From Chiloscyllium plagiosum (taxonomy: Eukaryota): a stretch of DNA of 64,000 bases. The notes under the pieces are model-generated. The model did not search any database, was not told where the DNA came from, and saw nothing but the letters and a program-made list of their open reading frames with translations. The DNA lies in assembly GCF_004010195.1 (NCBI RefSeq), contig NC_057756.1, positions 1,402,672 through 1,466,671 of the forward strand, given 5' to 3'. Position numbers and translations under genes: made by a program. Below, one piece after another: positions 51,854 through 63,556 of the stretch. Within the stretch, counting starts at the first letter, position 1. Each line of letters starts with the position of its first letter.

Positions 51854-52534
51854 GGGATTGAGTAGATTTTGTGCTAAATTCGTACCAAGTTTTTGCAGTG
51901 TGGCTGCTCCATTCATTGATTTACTAAGGAAAGGCAAGCAGTTTCAATGGACAGCGGAGACTCAGAAAACATTTGACATCCTGGAAGCCGTGTTAACCAC
52001 TGCCCCTTTTTAGCGACATCCAAGTATGCAAAGCCATTCAATTTGACTGTTGTTAGTTATGTTGTTGGTGCTATGTTCATACAGGAAAGCAATGAGAAGA
52101 AAGAAAGACCTGTCGGGTATTTGTCAGGAACTTGAACATCTGTGAGCAGAAATATTCGAGAGTTATAAAGGAGACTTTCAGCTTGCAACATTTCAAAATT
52201 TATGCACCCAGGAATGTATCTGCGACAATCATATGCACTGATTATATTCCATTGAAGTTTGCATCGAAATTTACCGTCAAGAATTCCAGAGTATTTCGTT
52301 GGAGCTTGTTGTCATAACCATTGAATTTGAAAATTGCATATTTCGCAGGACGAGAAAACATAATTACTGATACATTGTCAATGGGATGAGAAACAGAGGC
52401 CTGTGATAGCAGGAATCAATGGACTAAAGCAGAATGTAGTAGTACAAGTTCGCATGTAATATGTATGTGTTATAGTATATTAAGAGTGTAATATTAAGAG
52501 GTTTTTAAATGAAGCAACGTTTGGATATTGATGT

Positions 52535-54818
52535 ATCTTTTTCTCTTTTCTGCTCCTTTCAACATGTTTGCGCAAAACTTACCGTCGGAAATAATTTATG
52601 GCATTTTCTTCTGAACGAACCCCTAACCATGTTGTATAGACTGCGGCAGCATTTTATCTTGGGCAGTCCTTTCCTTTACCACTTTAACAGAACTCACATC
52701 CGTCTTCCCAATGTTTTCTCTAAACCACAAACACTGTGACTTCTTTGACCTTTTAATTATGGTGAAAATATCTCAGCTGATGTACTTGCCTTTGCTCCTC
52801 ATAGGTTTCCTTTTAACTCCATGGTGAACTATCTCTACTACCTTTAGTGCGAACTCATTCTCATTTAAACTTGAGGATTTCTCTTTTTCCCCATTTCTAT
52901 CCCTCCAGGATTGATTTAGAAGTCAAACTTTGATTTATGAATGTGTTCATAATCGCCTGCCATTTCGACTTCTATACATGCAATCTTGCATTTCTGTTCT
53001 TCCAAATGAGTTCCCAATACTACAGGAAGTGATTTTTTTGGATTGCTCCAAAACTTTCATCTCTCTGACAACGTCATGTGTTTGATCGATTTTCAGTGTT
53101 CTTATCTCATAATCAAAATTAATGTGGGTGATCCTTTCAAGTGTATATTTGACCAGGTTCCCTCCTTTGATTCCTGAATGGTTGTGTGTAGGATTTTGGT
53201 ACTAGCTGATATGCATTTTAGGGTTTAGGGTGAGATGAGAAAGATTTGGAAGGGAACTAAGGGGCAAGTGTTTCATGCAAAGGGCGTTGCTTGTTTGCAA
53301 TGAGCTGCCGGGAAAGTGGTGAATTACAACAATGAAATGCATCTGGATGGATGCACGAATAGGAAGAATTGAGAGCGCTATCGGCTAAGTGCTTGCAAAA
53401 GGGATTGGATTAATTTCGAATATGTGTTCATTATGGACGAGTTAGACTGAATGGCCTAATTTCATCCTATATGTTTCTATGAAAATATGACTTAAGATGG
53501 TTTTCTTTACTTTCCAATTCTCCACAGATACCTTCTCTGATATTGATGCAAATACCTCACTACTTCTAACTCCCAGCTTTGGTTCGACCAATAATATCCA
53601 CCGGATGACCATCCATTTCATTTGTTCAGACAAATCCTCACAAATGAAATAGATATCTACATGCTACTCTTTGAACACAACCAGATTTTTGGCAATCGTA
53701 AGTTTGCTCATCATCAACATCCTCTTCATGAAGCGTACCTTCTACAGTCGCCTCCGCCCATTTACATATGCCTTCCACTATTTTCAAGAACTTTTAACGT
53801 TCAGGTTATCTTTCTTTCTGCTTTTCTTCCCTCTGTTTCTCCTTTTCTTCTCTTTCTTTAAGCGCTTCATCTGCTTTCAATCGTAATTCAAGCTATTTAA
53901 TTTCTCTTTCTCTTTCTTTTGCCTCTAATTCAAACTTCTTTATTTTCAATTGACTTCTAACCATTTCCAAAAATTCCGATGGCATTCCTGGAAATTGTAC
54001 ATGCTGCACAATTGTCATAAGTATCTCCCTTGTCTCCCATATTCTGGCAAATCCAACTCCAGCTTGTCTGTCATTTTCCAAAAGTCTTGCCTTTCTCCAA
54101 TCCTGCAAAACTCCCGAAGTGTTTTCTTCCACTCCGCTGAAACTCTTAGTAACCGAACCAGCCATTATTACTCAAGGCAACCGCTTTCTAAACGAACCAA
54201 ATTCTATATACAAAACAAAAGATACAAACATTTACCACTCGCTGTCTTTGAGTCCAACAACCTGAGCCCAATCTGGAATGAGAGCTTGTTATCGTGACAA
54301 GAGTTTGTAATTCATTTTAGACCTGACCAGACACCCCGAAACATAATACCAACGTAGCTTAGGCCCTAACGTTTCTATGTGCCACAGATAAAATTCGATT
54401 GGTCAAACTACTCAACATTAAGCAACACAAAATCATTCAACACTAAATAGTTAAAATGCAACAAAAGAAAGAGAAACGTGTAATATCATAACTCTATCGG
54501 ATATATTCGTAGAAAACAAATACATATTTTAAAGCTAAATATGAGCTGTTGCAGTACAGCAACATTCCATAAAAACACCCTTGGCGAAAAGACAAATTCA
54601 GAAAAAAAAAAACAGCTTTGCTCACGTCCAATCCTACAAGGCAGAAAGACCACCAAAAGAGTTGGCCACACCCAGTTAGGCTCCTTGTTCGGACTTCCAA
54701 AAAAATCTTATCCTCTCAAGCTGTTTCTCTCCTCATAGGCAGCTCAGCACTTGAACCCCAATCTCTTCCTAAATGAAAATAGAAAGAAAACCTTTTTTAC
54801 TGCCACTGCATCGTCACA
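52535..54818 (-). mobile_element. Third Gmr1-like copy: 5' LTR (about 54315-54818) and gag, interrupted by a CR1 3' fragment (53220-53480, +)
   Basis: LTR start tgtgacgatgc; QMKWMVIRWILLVEPKLGVRSSEVFASISE matches gag of the other copies. Confidence 0.82.
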
Positions 54819-54849
54819 CAGGGTAGGTCATATAAAGTACTTCAACTGA

Positions 54850-55840
54850 CCTATGTCTTCACAGAAGTGCACAGCATGGAAACAGATCATTCATTTCATG
54901 CAGTCCAGATATCCTAAACAATCTAGTCCCATTGCAGCTATTTGCACCATATCCTTTCCCAATCATATACTCGTCCAGATGTCTTTCAAGTGTTATGATT
55001 GAACCAGTCTCCACGACTTTCTCTGGAAACTTGCTACATACACGCATCAACCTTTGCATGAAAACGTTGACCCTTCGGTCCTTTTAAAACCTTTCCCGTT
55101 CTGAACCTAAATTCATGCCCTCTAGTTTTAGACTCTTCTGGGTAAAAGGCTTTGACTGTTCACCTTATTCACGTGTTCATGATTTTATACACGTTTATAA
55201 GTACATACATAATTAACGATAAGGTCCTGGAAAGAAATGCCTTCTTTATCATTCTGTTTACCTGTAACTCCAGTCTCAAGGAAATATGAACTTGTGCTAG
55301 CCGTTTTCTTTGTTCAGCAACACTCCCTAGGATTTTGCCATTAAGGGAATATGCCCTTTCCTGAATAAACATTCTAAAAGTAGAGGGAAAAAGCTAAGAA
55401 TTGCTTCAGGCAATTCAGGAGAGATTTACAAGTTACTCTTAAATGCAAAGCACAATGGAATTTTGAGGTTCTCCTCCGCAAATAGCGGTCACTGCTTTTT
55501 AGTTTATTACATTTAAATCTGAATTAGATATGTTGTTCATTAAACAAGAGTATCAAGTGATACAGGCAGGCAGGCATATCGAGTTAGGCCACAGCTTAGT
55601 CATGATCTTGTTGAATGCAGAGGTGACTTGAGGGGCTGAATTGCCTACTCCTATTCTAAAGTTCCCATGTTCTTATGCTCCTTAGTGTCGGAAAAGAAGA
55701 ACAATATTTCTGGCATGTATGCAATTTTCACGCATACCTTCGGTTCAACTTGTCCATGCCAACCAAATTTAACAGAGTAAACTAGCCCAATTTGCCTGTG
55801 TTATGCATATATCCACCCCAACATTTGCTATTCATGTTGT
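54850..55840. mobile_element. Cluster of CR1 3' fragments (minus 54850-55375; plus 55380-55680; minus 55690-55840)
   Basis: YSLNGKILGSVAEQ, EKVVETGSI..LERHLD, CR1 3' UTR and tail motifs. Confidence 0.75.
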
Positions 55841-56284
55841 TAGTGGTTCACTTTCTGAGATTAGCACAGAGTGAGATGGAGTCAGCAGTTCTTGGAGGCA
55901 TGGGTTTCAGAGACAAAACATATTCAGTCATTATTCTTCACAGCATTGAACTTTGAACGTTGCCATTCTGCAAGGCAAACAGAGCAAAAATAAACAAACA
56001 TCCTGACTGAGAACATTCTGTTCCTGACTGAGAACATTATTATACAGCCAACAAAGTATACTTTGACATAGACACCATAATGTTGTTTGAACAATTCGAG
56101 TAAATTTCGCCCCAGGTTCATAATAAACAATTTATAATGACCAGATAATTTGTTTAATCGACAATGATGAGGGGATATATTTCAGCTGGAATGGAAAGTT
56201 AAAATGATAACCTTTTTTCTTTTGGAATGATGGCAAGAGATATTTTGCCTACATGGGACTGTTTAACCTCATCCGATTATGTTG

Positions 56285-56635
56285 AGTTGGCACAGTGGCT
56301 CAGTGATTATCACTACTGTCCTTGCAGCATCAGAGAAGTAGCTTTAATTCCAGCCTCGGCGAATGCCCATGTGCAATTTCCATTGTCCGTCAGTATCGGT
56401 CTGTACCGAGTGCCCCAGTTCCATCCCGCAGTCCAAATGTGAGTAGATTACGTGCATCAGCATTCTAGTTTGCCAATAATGCCTGGAGATGGGCAAGTTA
56501 CGTACAATGGCCTTGGGGGATGCAGTGGTCTGGGGATAAGGTAAATGTAGCAGATCTGAGAGGGATTCTCTTCGGGCCATGGGGTGGACTCGATGGGCTG
56601 AATATCCGTCGTCTACACTATAGGGACTCTTTGAC
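56285..56635 (+). mobile_element. Degenerate HE1-type SINE
   Basis: ggcacagtggctcagtg...ggtgtggactc-like 3' end. Confidence 0.7.
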
Positions 56636-56858
56636 TTTATGCACTGGTGGCATCTTCGAAAATATTACACCGTTTGTTGAAACCATCCGTCAGGCTTTTG
56701 TGCTTAGCTCTCTAAACCAAATTCTGAAAACAATTGGATTGTTCTAAAGACTCCGTGCAGTTGATGCCATAATGGTCGTCAAAAATGGAAACTCCCTAAC
56801 AATATCGTTATCTCCACATATAAAAAGCTGAAATTAAGAATGACATTGTTCTTCTTAC

Positions 56859-56894
56859 TGAAATCCTTGCAGTCTCTGTTGAGTTTGTCTATTT
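56859..56894 (-). CDS. Micro-exon 2 (36 nt, phase 1-1): EIDKLNRDCKDF
   Basis: atgttttcgtttccAG|aaatagacaaactcaacagagactgcaaggatttca|GTaaga. Confidence 0.85.
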
Positions 56895-57941
56895 CTGGAA
56901 ACGAAAACATTTCTGTATCAACAAGTCGATGTACAAGCACGCTTTTGTATTAAGTATTTTTTTCAAATTTTCCCATTTATTAAAAGAGTATAATGTTTAT
57001 GTTCAACTGAGTTTAATCATACCATTCCTCCGTCAACTGTCACGAAAGATCTCAGTATTTCATCATGTATTTATTCTATTTCTCATCACGATCATTCACC
57101 TTGGACATTGTACGGGAAATGGAGACTGCCGTCTCGTTTTAATCGTGTTAGTCATTATTTAACCGGGTAAGACATTTTCCATCGAATCTGGAACCTTCTA
57201 CATCTTGCTTCAATCTCGTGCTACATTGTCACATTTCTGGCAAGTTTACTAGAGACTTTCAAGTTTTTAAATTCGATTATTTAATTCAAATGGATGCATG
57301 ATTATTGTAACAGCTAGCAACAGTATTACTGAACCCAACAATTTTGAAGTCTATGTCTTCCCAATGATACTCAAACCAACTTCAAAGGATTGAGTTTTTC
57401 CTAAACGCTTCTGCACTAAACGCTTCAGTGCAGAAGCGTTCGATACTTACTTTTTATTTATAGTAGTTACTTATTTCTTGTTGCCCATTTATAATCTCTT
57501 TTCCAATTTTAAATGCGGGGCATAAATCTATTATGTTTATTATGAAATAATAGTATTATTTTCTCTTGAATGCGATTTAAAATTAATTACTTTCTTCATA
57601 TAATTGGAATAATAGATCGAATAAGAATCAACCAGTGGTACCCAACACAAGAAACATAAAAAAACAGGATTAGATCAGTTTATCAATATGGTGCAGAATT
57701 CTAAGTTAATTTCATTTTTTTGAAGACATCCTTCACTCATCATTAAGGATTCATACCTATCAAGGAGCATTTTCTACTGTAACATATTCACATGGTGTAC
57801 AATACCAAAATTCAATTTGCATTTAGTCAAGATGATAGATCACACTATATTAAAACATTAATTCTATTCCATAGGGTAAGTACTTAATGACATCATGTTG
57901 TTGCTGGTGTGAATCGTCTACGGGCACATACTCTTGTTGGT

Positions 57942-58245
57942 GGGTGGCATCATTGCTCAGTAGTAAGCACTGTTGCTTTGCAGTGTCAGGCACCCAGTTT
58001 AATTCCTGCCTTGAGCGACTGTCTGTGTAGTGTCTGCATATTCTCCCCATATTTATGCGGGCTCCCTCCAGGTGCTTCGGTTTCCTCCCACACGCTAAAG
58101 GTGTGTAGGTCAAGTTAAAATGTCCATAGTGTTAGGTGCGTTAGTCATGGGTAAATATAGGGTTCGGGAATTTGTCCTTATGGGTTACCCTTCAGAGGCA
58201 AACATTTGGCGAATTGGCCTGTTCCATACTGTAGGGAATCTGATC
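57942..58245 (+). mobile_element. Degenerate HE1-type SINE
   Basis: gcgactgtctgtgtagtgtctgcatattctcccc...ggtttcctcccaca core. Confidence 0.8.
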
Positions 58246-58972
58246 ATTTCAGCGTCATTGAACTCACTGTTTGTTCTCAATCAATGAAGTTACGTGCCAA
58301 TGGAAGAAAAGACCAAACAAGGCAATGATTATTTCATGACAGATGAATGCAATACATTTAGGAAACTGTATTTTGATGTAAATGCTAGTGTTTCATCCAA
58401 AAACATTTCAAACGCCCATAACCAAGGAACTATTTTGACGAAGTGCCGTGTTTTCCTTTTTTCTAACAGTGTTTCACTTTTGTTACTTCTTTGCCTGTCA
58501 CACATCGACTTTATTCTGTGCCAAGCCATTATGATAGGCATTGCTCACCGGCTTCTTCAGCTCTCTAAACTTTCCATTTTATTTCTCTCTGTTTTTCTCC
58601 TTCTATAGCAATTTTGTGTGAAACTGGATTTTCAATTTTGACTTTTCACTGACTCCCTCGCTCATCCAGAATCATCAGAGTTATTTTCAGTCTGTGCCTA
58701 CATGTCTATCAAGTACACATACAAACTAGACTTTACGTTATAAAACAGATTGCGCATGAAGTTATTATCAAAGTGAGCTGCACAATCTGAAGAAACTAAG
58801 AGAAAATATATGCGAAGTATTAGAGAGACTGAAATCCATCTATCTTTTGAGTTGGAGTGAAAAATAGGGTTACGTCGGAAAATAACTCGATTTGAAACAG
58901 TACAAAAAAGAAAGAAAAATATTTAACAGATGAAAAAGGTTCCATAAAAAATGAATGGCATTTTCGTTTTAC

Positions 58973-58990
58973 CTTTATTCAGTTTTTTTT
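58973..58990 (-). CDS. Micro-exon 1 (18 nt, phase 1-1): xKKLNK
   Basis: gtattttctttcattttcAG|aaaaaaaactgaataaag|GTaaaa; keeps frame with exon 2; length depends on an A8 homopolymer. Confidence 0.6.
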
Positions 58991-60439
58991 CTGAAAATGA
59001 AAGAAAATACTCAATTGTTACATTCAACGTTTTCTCATTATGCTGGCAAGCATTGTATAATAAGGCGTGAGACTGTTATACAATGAGCTAAGTATTCGTC
59101 TTCCAAAAAGACAACTTCACGCTCGTCTGATAATTCATATAACAATTGAGACTTTAATCCTTGATGTCACTTGCCTCAAAAAATGTGGAAACGTCTGAAC
59201 TTATCACTTTTATCAACTGTTAATTTGCTCAAAGTTTAGATGACTGAGACAAAATCAAGAAGAACGATATTAAAACAAAGATATGAGCTTGCAATATTCA
59301 AAAGGGCCGAGTGTACTAAAGCGTACTATGGTAACTTGTTTTGTTACAATATTGTTTCTTCCTCTGAAAACATCACAAATCAAGTGATAATTCATATTTA
59401 TGTAATTTTTTTTTTACACAAGAATGTCACTTACTGAAAACAGTATTCATTCATGAGATCATGCAGAGGCAGATGCAGAGGCAAACATTTGCTGCTTTCT
59501 AATATTGAAATTATTTATCCCGTTCGGAATCTATCAAAGATGACAGCATTGAACTCCAGACAATGAAGGTGAAGTTTGTATATAAAATGTTGCTGAAATG
59601 ATCATTGAATGTTAAATAGTAATCCACCGTTGACCTGCTCATAACATAATTTGGCAGCAATTTAAATGCAATTATTCTTTCATTTCCGTGATTGCTTTCA
59701 AGTTATCGTTATATAACGTTTGCTACTGAGTTATCAATCAATGCTTTTCACTCATGACATCATGCTTACTGTCATGACTTTGTGTTCATACCGCCAGGGA
59801 TAAAACAGTTTATAAAGTCTGGTTTAAAAAACTAGAAAATAAAAGCGAGAACTAAATACATGGCTGAAGCATATTACACAAAACTCCAGAATAATCGCCA
59901 AATACAGGTATCTCTTTCCTAACTTGACAATCAGTTGCCCATTCTTAATTTTCTGATCAATACCAAATCTGCCTATGTTCAACAATACAGATAAGGAAAT
60001 CGTTAATAACTTTTGTGGTGTAAATTTATATGACAGAAAGCAACCAAGCGTCGTTTATAACTGCCAACTATGATGACAGTTACAAATAGCGACCATTAAA
60101 TGTAAGTATCAGGGCAGACTATCACGTATTTGAATGGGAAATTAAATATAAAGTCTTGGCTTACATACCAAAAGCGAGAAGATGAGGCAGAAGAGCAAGG
60201 CAACTTGGAGATGTCAAACGTGCCCACTGGTAATTTTGGATCACTCAGCATTCATTCAATTAACATTTGGGATTGGCAAGAGACCAAGGAGCAGTTTTGA
60301 AAATTATTGTGTGGCCGCATTAATGGAGGGAGTTGTGAAGTATTGGGCAGTGGGGGTGGTTGAAATGATTGAAGCTCATAATATTCATGAAGAATTAGAA
60401 TGACTTTGAAACAAGAGCCAGATAAGTTAAATGCAATTC

Positions 60440-63400
60440 ATAGAAGTATAGAATCCCTATCGTACAGAAGCAACCCCTTTGACACATCAATTCCTTAATG
60501 ACTGTCAGAAGACCATCCTACGGAGACTTTCCTCCCCATCCTATCCCTGCAATCCTGAACTCCTCAAGGCTAATCCATCAAACATGTAGATTTCTGGGCA
60601 CTATAGAGAATAGACAATAGGTGCAGGAGTAGGCCATTCTGCCCTTTGAGCCTGCACCACCATTCAATATGATCATGGCTGATCATCCTCAATCAGTATC
60701 CCGTTCCTGCCTTATCTCCATAAACCTTGATTCCACTATTCTTGAGGGCTCTATCCAACTCTTTCTCAAATGAATCCAGATACTGGGCCTCCACTGCCCT
60801 CTGGGGCAGACCATTCCACACAGCCACCACTCTCTGGGTGAAGAAGTTTCTTCTCATATCTGTCCTAAATGGTCTACCCGTATTTTTAAGCTGTGTCCTT
60901 TGGTTTGGCACTCACCCATCAGCGGAAATATGTTTCCTGCCTCCAGAGTGTCCAATCCTTTAATAATCTTACATGTCTCATTCAGATCCCCTCTCAGCCT
61001 TCTGAACTCAAGGGTATACAAGCCCAGTCCCTCCAGTCTTTCAGCGTAAGGTAGTCCCGCCATTCCAGGAATTGACCTCGTGAACCTATGCTGCAGTCCC
61101 TCAATAGCCAATATGTCTTTCCTCAAATTTGGAGACCAGAGCTGCACACAGTACTCCAGGTGTGGTCGCACCAGGGCCCTGCACAGCTGCGAAAGAATCT
61201 CTTTGCTTCTATATTCAATCCCTTTTGTTATGAAGGCTAGCATAATATTTGCCTTCTTCACTACCTGCAGTACCTGCATGCTTACCTTCATTGACTCGTG
61301 TACAAGAACACCCAGATCTCTTTGTACTGCCCCTTTACCTAAATTGATTCCTTTTCGGTAGTAATCTGCCTTCATGTTCTTGCCACCAAAGTGGATAACC
61401 ATACATTTATCCACATTAAACTGCATCTGCCATGCATCTGACCACTCACCTAACCTGTCCAGGTCACCCTATAATCTCCTAACATCCTCCTCACATTTCA
61501 CCCTGCCACCCAGCTTAGTATAATCAGCAAATGTGCTAATGTTATTGCTAATACCATCTTCTATATCATGAACATATATTGTAAAAAGCTGCAGTCCTAG
61601 CACAGATCCCTGCGGTACCCCATTGGTCACTGCCTGCCATTCCGAAAGGGAGCCGTTTATCACTACTTTTGTTTCCTATCAGCCAACCAACTTTCAATCC
61701 AAGTTAGTACTTTGACCACAATACCATGCGCCCTAATTTTGCTCACTCACCTCCTATGTGGGACTTTATCAAAAGCTTTCTGAAAGTCCAGGTGCACTAC
61801 CTCTACTGGATCTCCCTTGTCTATCTTCAGAGTTACATCCTCAAAAAATTCCAGAAGATTAGTCAAGCATGATTTCCCCTTCATAAATCCATGCTGACTC
61901 TGACCTATCCTGTTACGACTATACAGATGAGTCATAATTTCATCCTTTATAATAGACTGCAGCATCCTTCCCACCACTGAGGTCAGACTAACATGTCTAT
62001 AATTTCCTGCTTTCTCTCTCCCACCTATCTTAAAACATGGTACAACATTAGGTACCCTCCAATCCGCAAGAACTGATCCCGAATCTATCGAACTCGGGAT
62101 AATAATCACCAATGCATCTACGATTTCTCAAGCAAACTCCTTCAGTAACCTGGGATGTAGATCATCAGACCCCGGGGACTTATCAACCTTCAGACCTAAC
62201 AGTCTCTCCAACACCAATTCCTGGCAAATATAAATTTCCTTAAGTGCAGATCCTTCAACCATTGTTACCTCAGGGATGTTGCTTGTGTCTTCCCCAGTAA
62301 ACACAGATCTGAAGTAACAATTCAATTGTTCTGCAATTTCTTTGTTCCCCGTATGTCAACAGAAATATTGTCACTTCCGATTGTACTCTCTCCCTCTCAA
62401 ATTGCAGATTGAAGCTTATTGTATTATGGTCACTACTTCCCAATGGCTCCTTAACTTCGAATCCCTAATCAATTCTGGTTCGTTGAAGAATACCCGATCC
62501 AGAATTGCCTTCTCCCTAGTAGGCTCCAGCACCAGCTGTTCTAAGAATCCATCTCGGATGCCCTCCACAAAGTCTCTTTCTTGAGGTCCAATACCATCCG
62601 GATTCTCACAGTCTACTTGCAAGTTGAAATCCCCCATAACAACTGCAGTAACATCTTTGCGACAGGCCAATTTCATCTCCTGATTCAACTTACATCCAAC
62701 ATCCAGATTACTGTTTGGGGGCCTGTAGATAACTCCCAAGAGGGTCTTTTTTACCTTAGAATTTCTCAGCTCTATCCACACTGACTCTACATCCCCTGAT
62801 TCTAGGTCCCCTGGCACAAGGGACTGAATATCATCCTTTACCAACATGGCCACCCCACCCCCTCTGCCCGTCAGTCTGTCCTTACGAAAGCACGTGTAGC
62901 CCTGAATATTCATTTTCCAGGCCCTGTCCACTTGAAGCCACGTCTCAGTTATCCCCACAATATCGTATCTGCCAATTTCCAAAAGAACCTCAAGCTCATC
63001 CACCTTATTTCTAATGCTTCGTGCATTCATGTATACTGTTTTTAATTTGTTACTGCCCTCACCCTTCCCATCAACTCCTATTTCACGCAAACTTACAGCA
63101 TGATCCCTTTTTGCGTTTTCTGCCTTTCTTGACTTCCCTTGTTCTAACTTTCCCTTCAATTTCCTTCTTAAATATCCAGTTTGTCCCCTCCCCCCTCCCG
63201 CTACTTAGTTTAAACGTAGCTGTGTTGCAGTAGCAAACCTGCCTGCCAGAATGCTGGTCCCTAACCTAATAAGGTGCAACCGTCTCTCTTGTATAATTTA
63301 TGCTTACCATAAAACATACCCCAGTGATCCAAGAATTTAAATACTTGCTTCCAAGAATTTAAAGCCTAGGGCAATTTAAAATTACCAATCCACTTAATCT

Positions 63401-63556
63401 ACACATGCTTGGCCTGTGGGAGGAAACCGCCCACTCAGAGGAAACCCGTGCAAAGAAGGGGAGAACGTACAAATTCCACGCAGTGGCTGGAGTGGAATTG
63501 AAACTGAGGCTTTGGCACTCAGGCGCCAGTGCTGACCACGGAGCCATCATGCCACC
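60440..63556 (-). mobile_element. Old HE1-type SINE split in two (3' part 60440-60605, 5' part 63364-63556) by a CR1 insertion
   Basis: ...ctgggcactat / ggcaatttaaaattaccaatccac...tgtgggaggaaaccg are contiguous in intact copies (e.g. 9569-9635). Confidence 0.7.
60606..63357 (-). mobile_element. Best-preserved CR1 LINE in the window: APE endonuclease (62416-63159), RT and C-terminus with few disruptions
   Basis: YMNARSIRNK...GITETWL...YRPP...MGDFN; QHGFMKGKSCLTNLLEFFE...DFQKAFDKVPH; GVPQGSVLG...FADYTKLG; RPHLEYCVQLW; 3' UTR with (ctatt) tail. Confidence 0.95.

Larger units (their letters stand above)
45965..52530 (+). mobile_element. Decayed Gmr1-like LTR retrotransposon (LTR 3' part, PBS, gag, PR, RT, RH); integrase absent; contains nested CR1s, a SINE and a fold-back
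   Basis: LTR end ttaaca at 46219, PBS-like tggggtcttttgcgggat, gag WALLIQIKL...VPDAYRQHFRNL, PR LRDTGSTQ (about 47811), RT 50630-51300, RH ending AGRENIITDTLS (about 52380). Confidence 0.88.

Noticed and set aside
60161..60215. Minus-strand hydrophobic stretch HLQVALLFCLIFSLLV before gtatgt/gtaagc donors, a possible signal or TM exon
   Set aside because: In-frame TGA just upstream with no ATG, weak AAG acceptor, and phase-1 joining to exon 1 would create TAA
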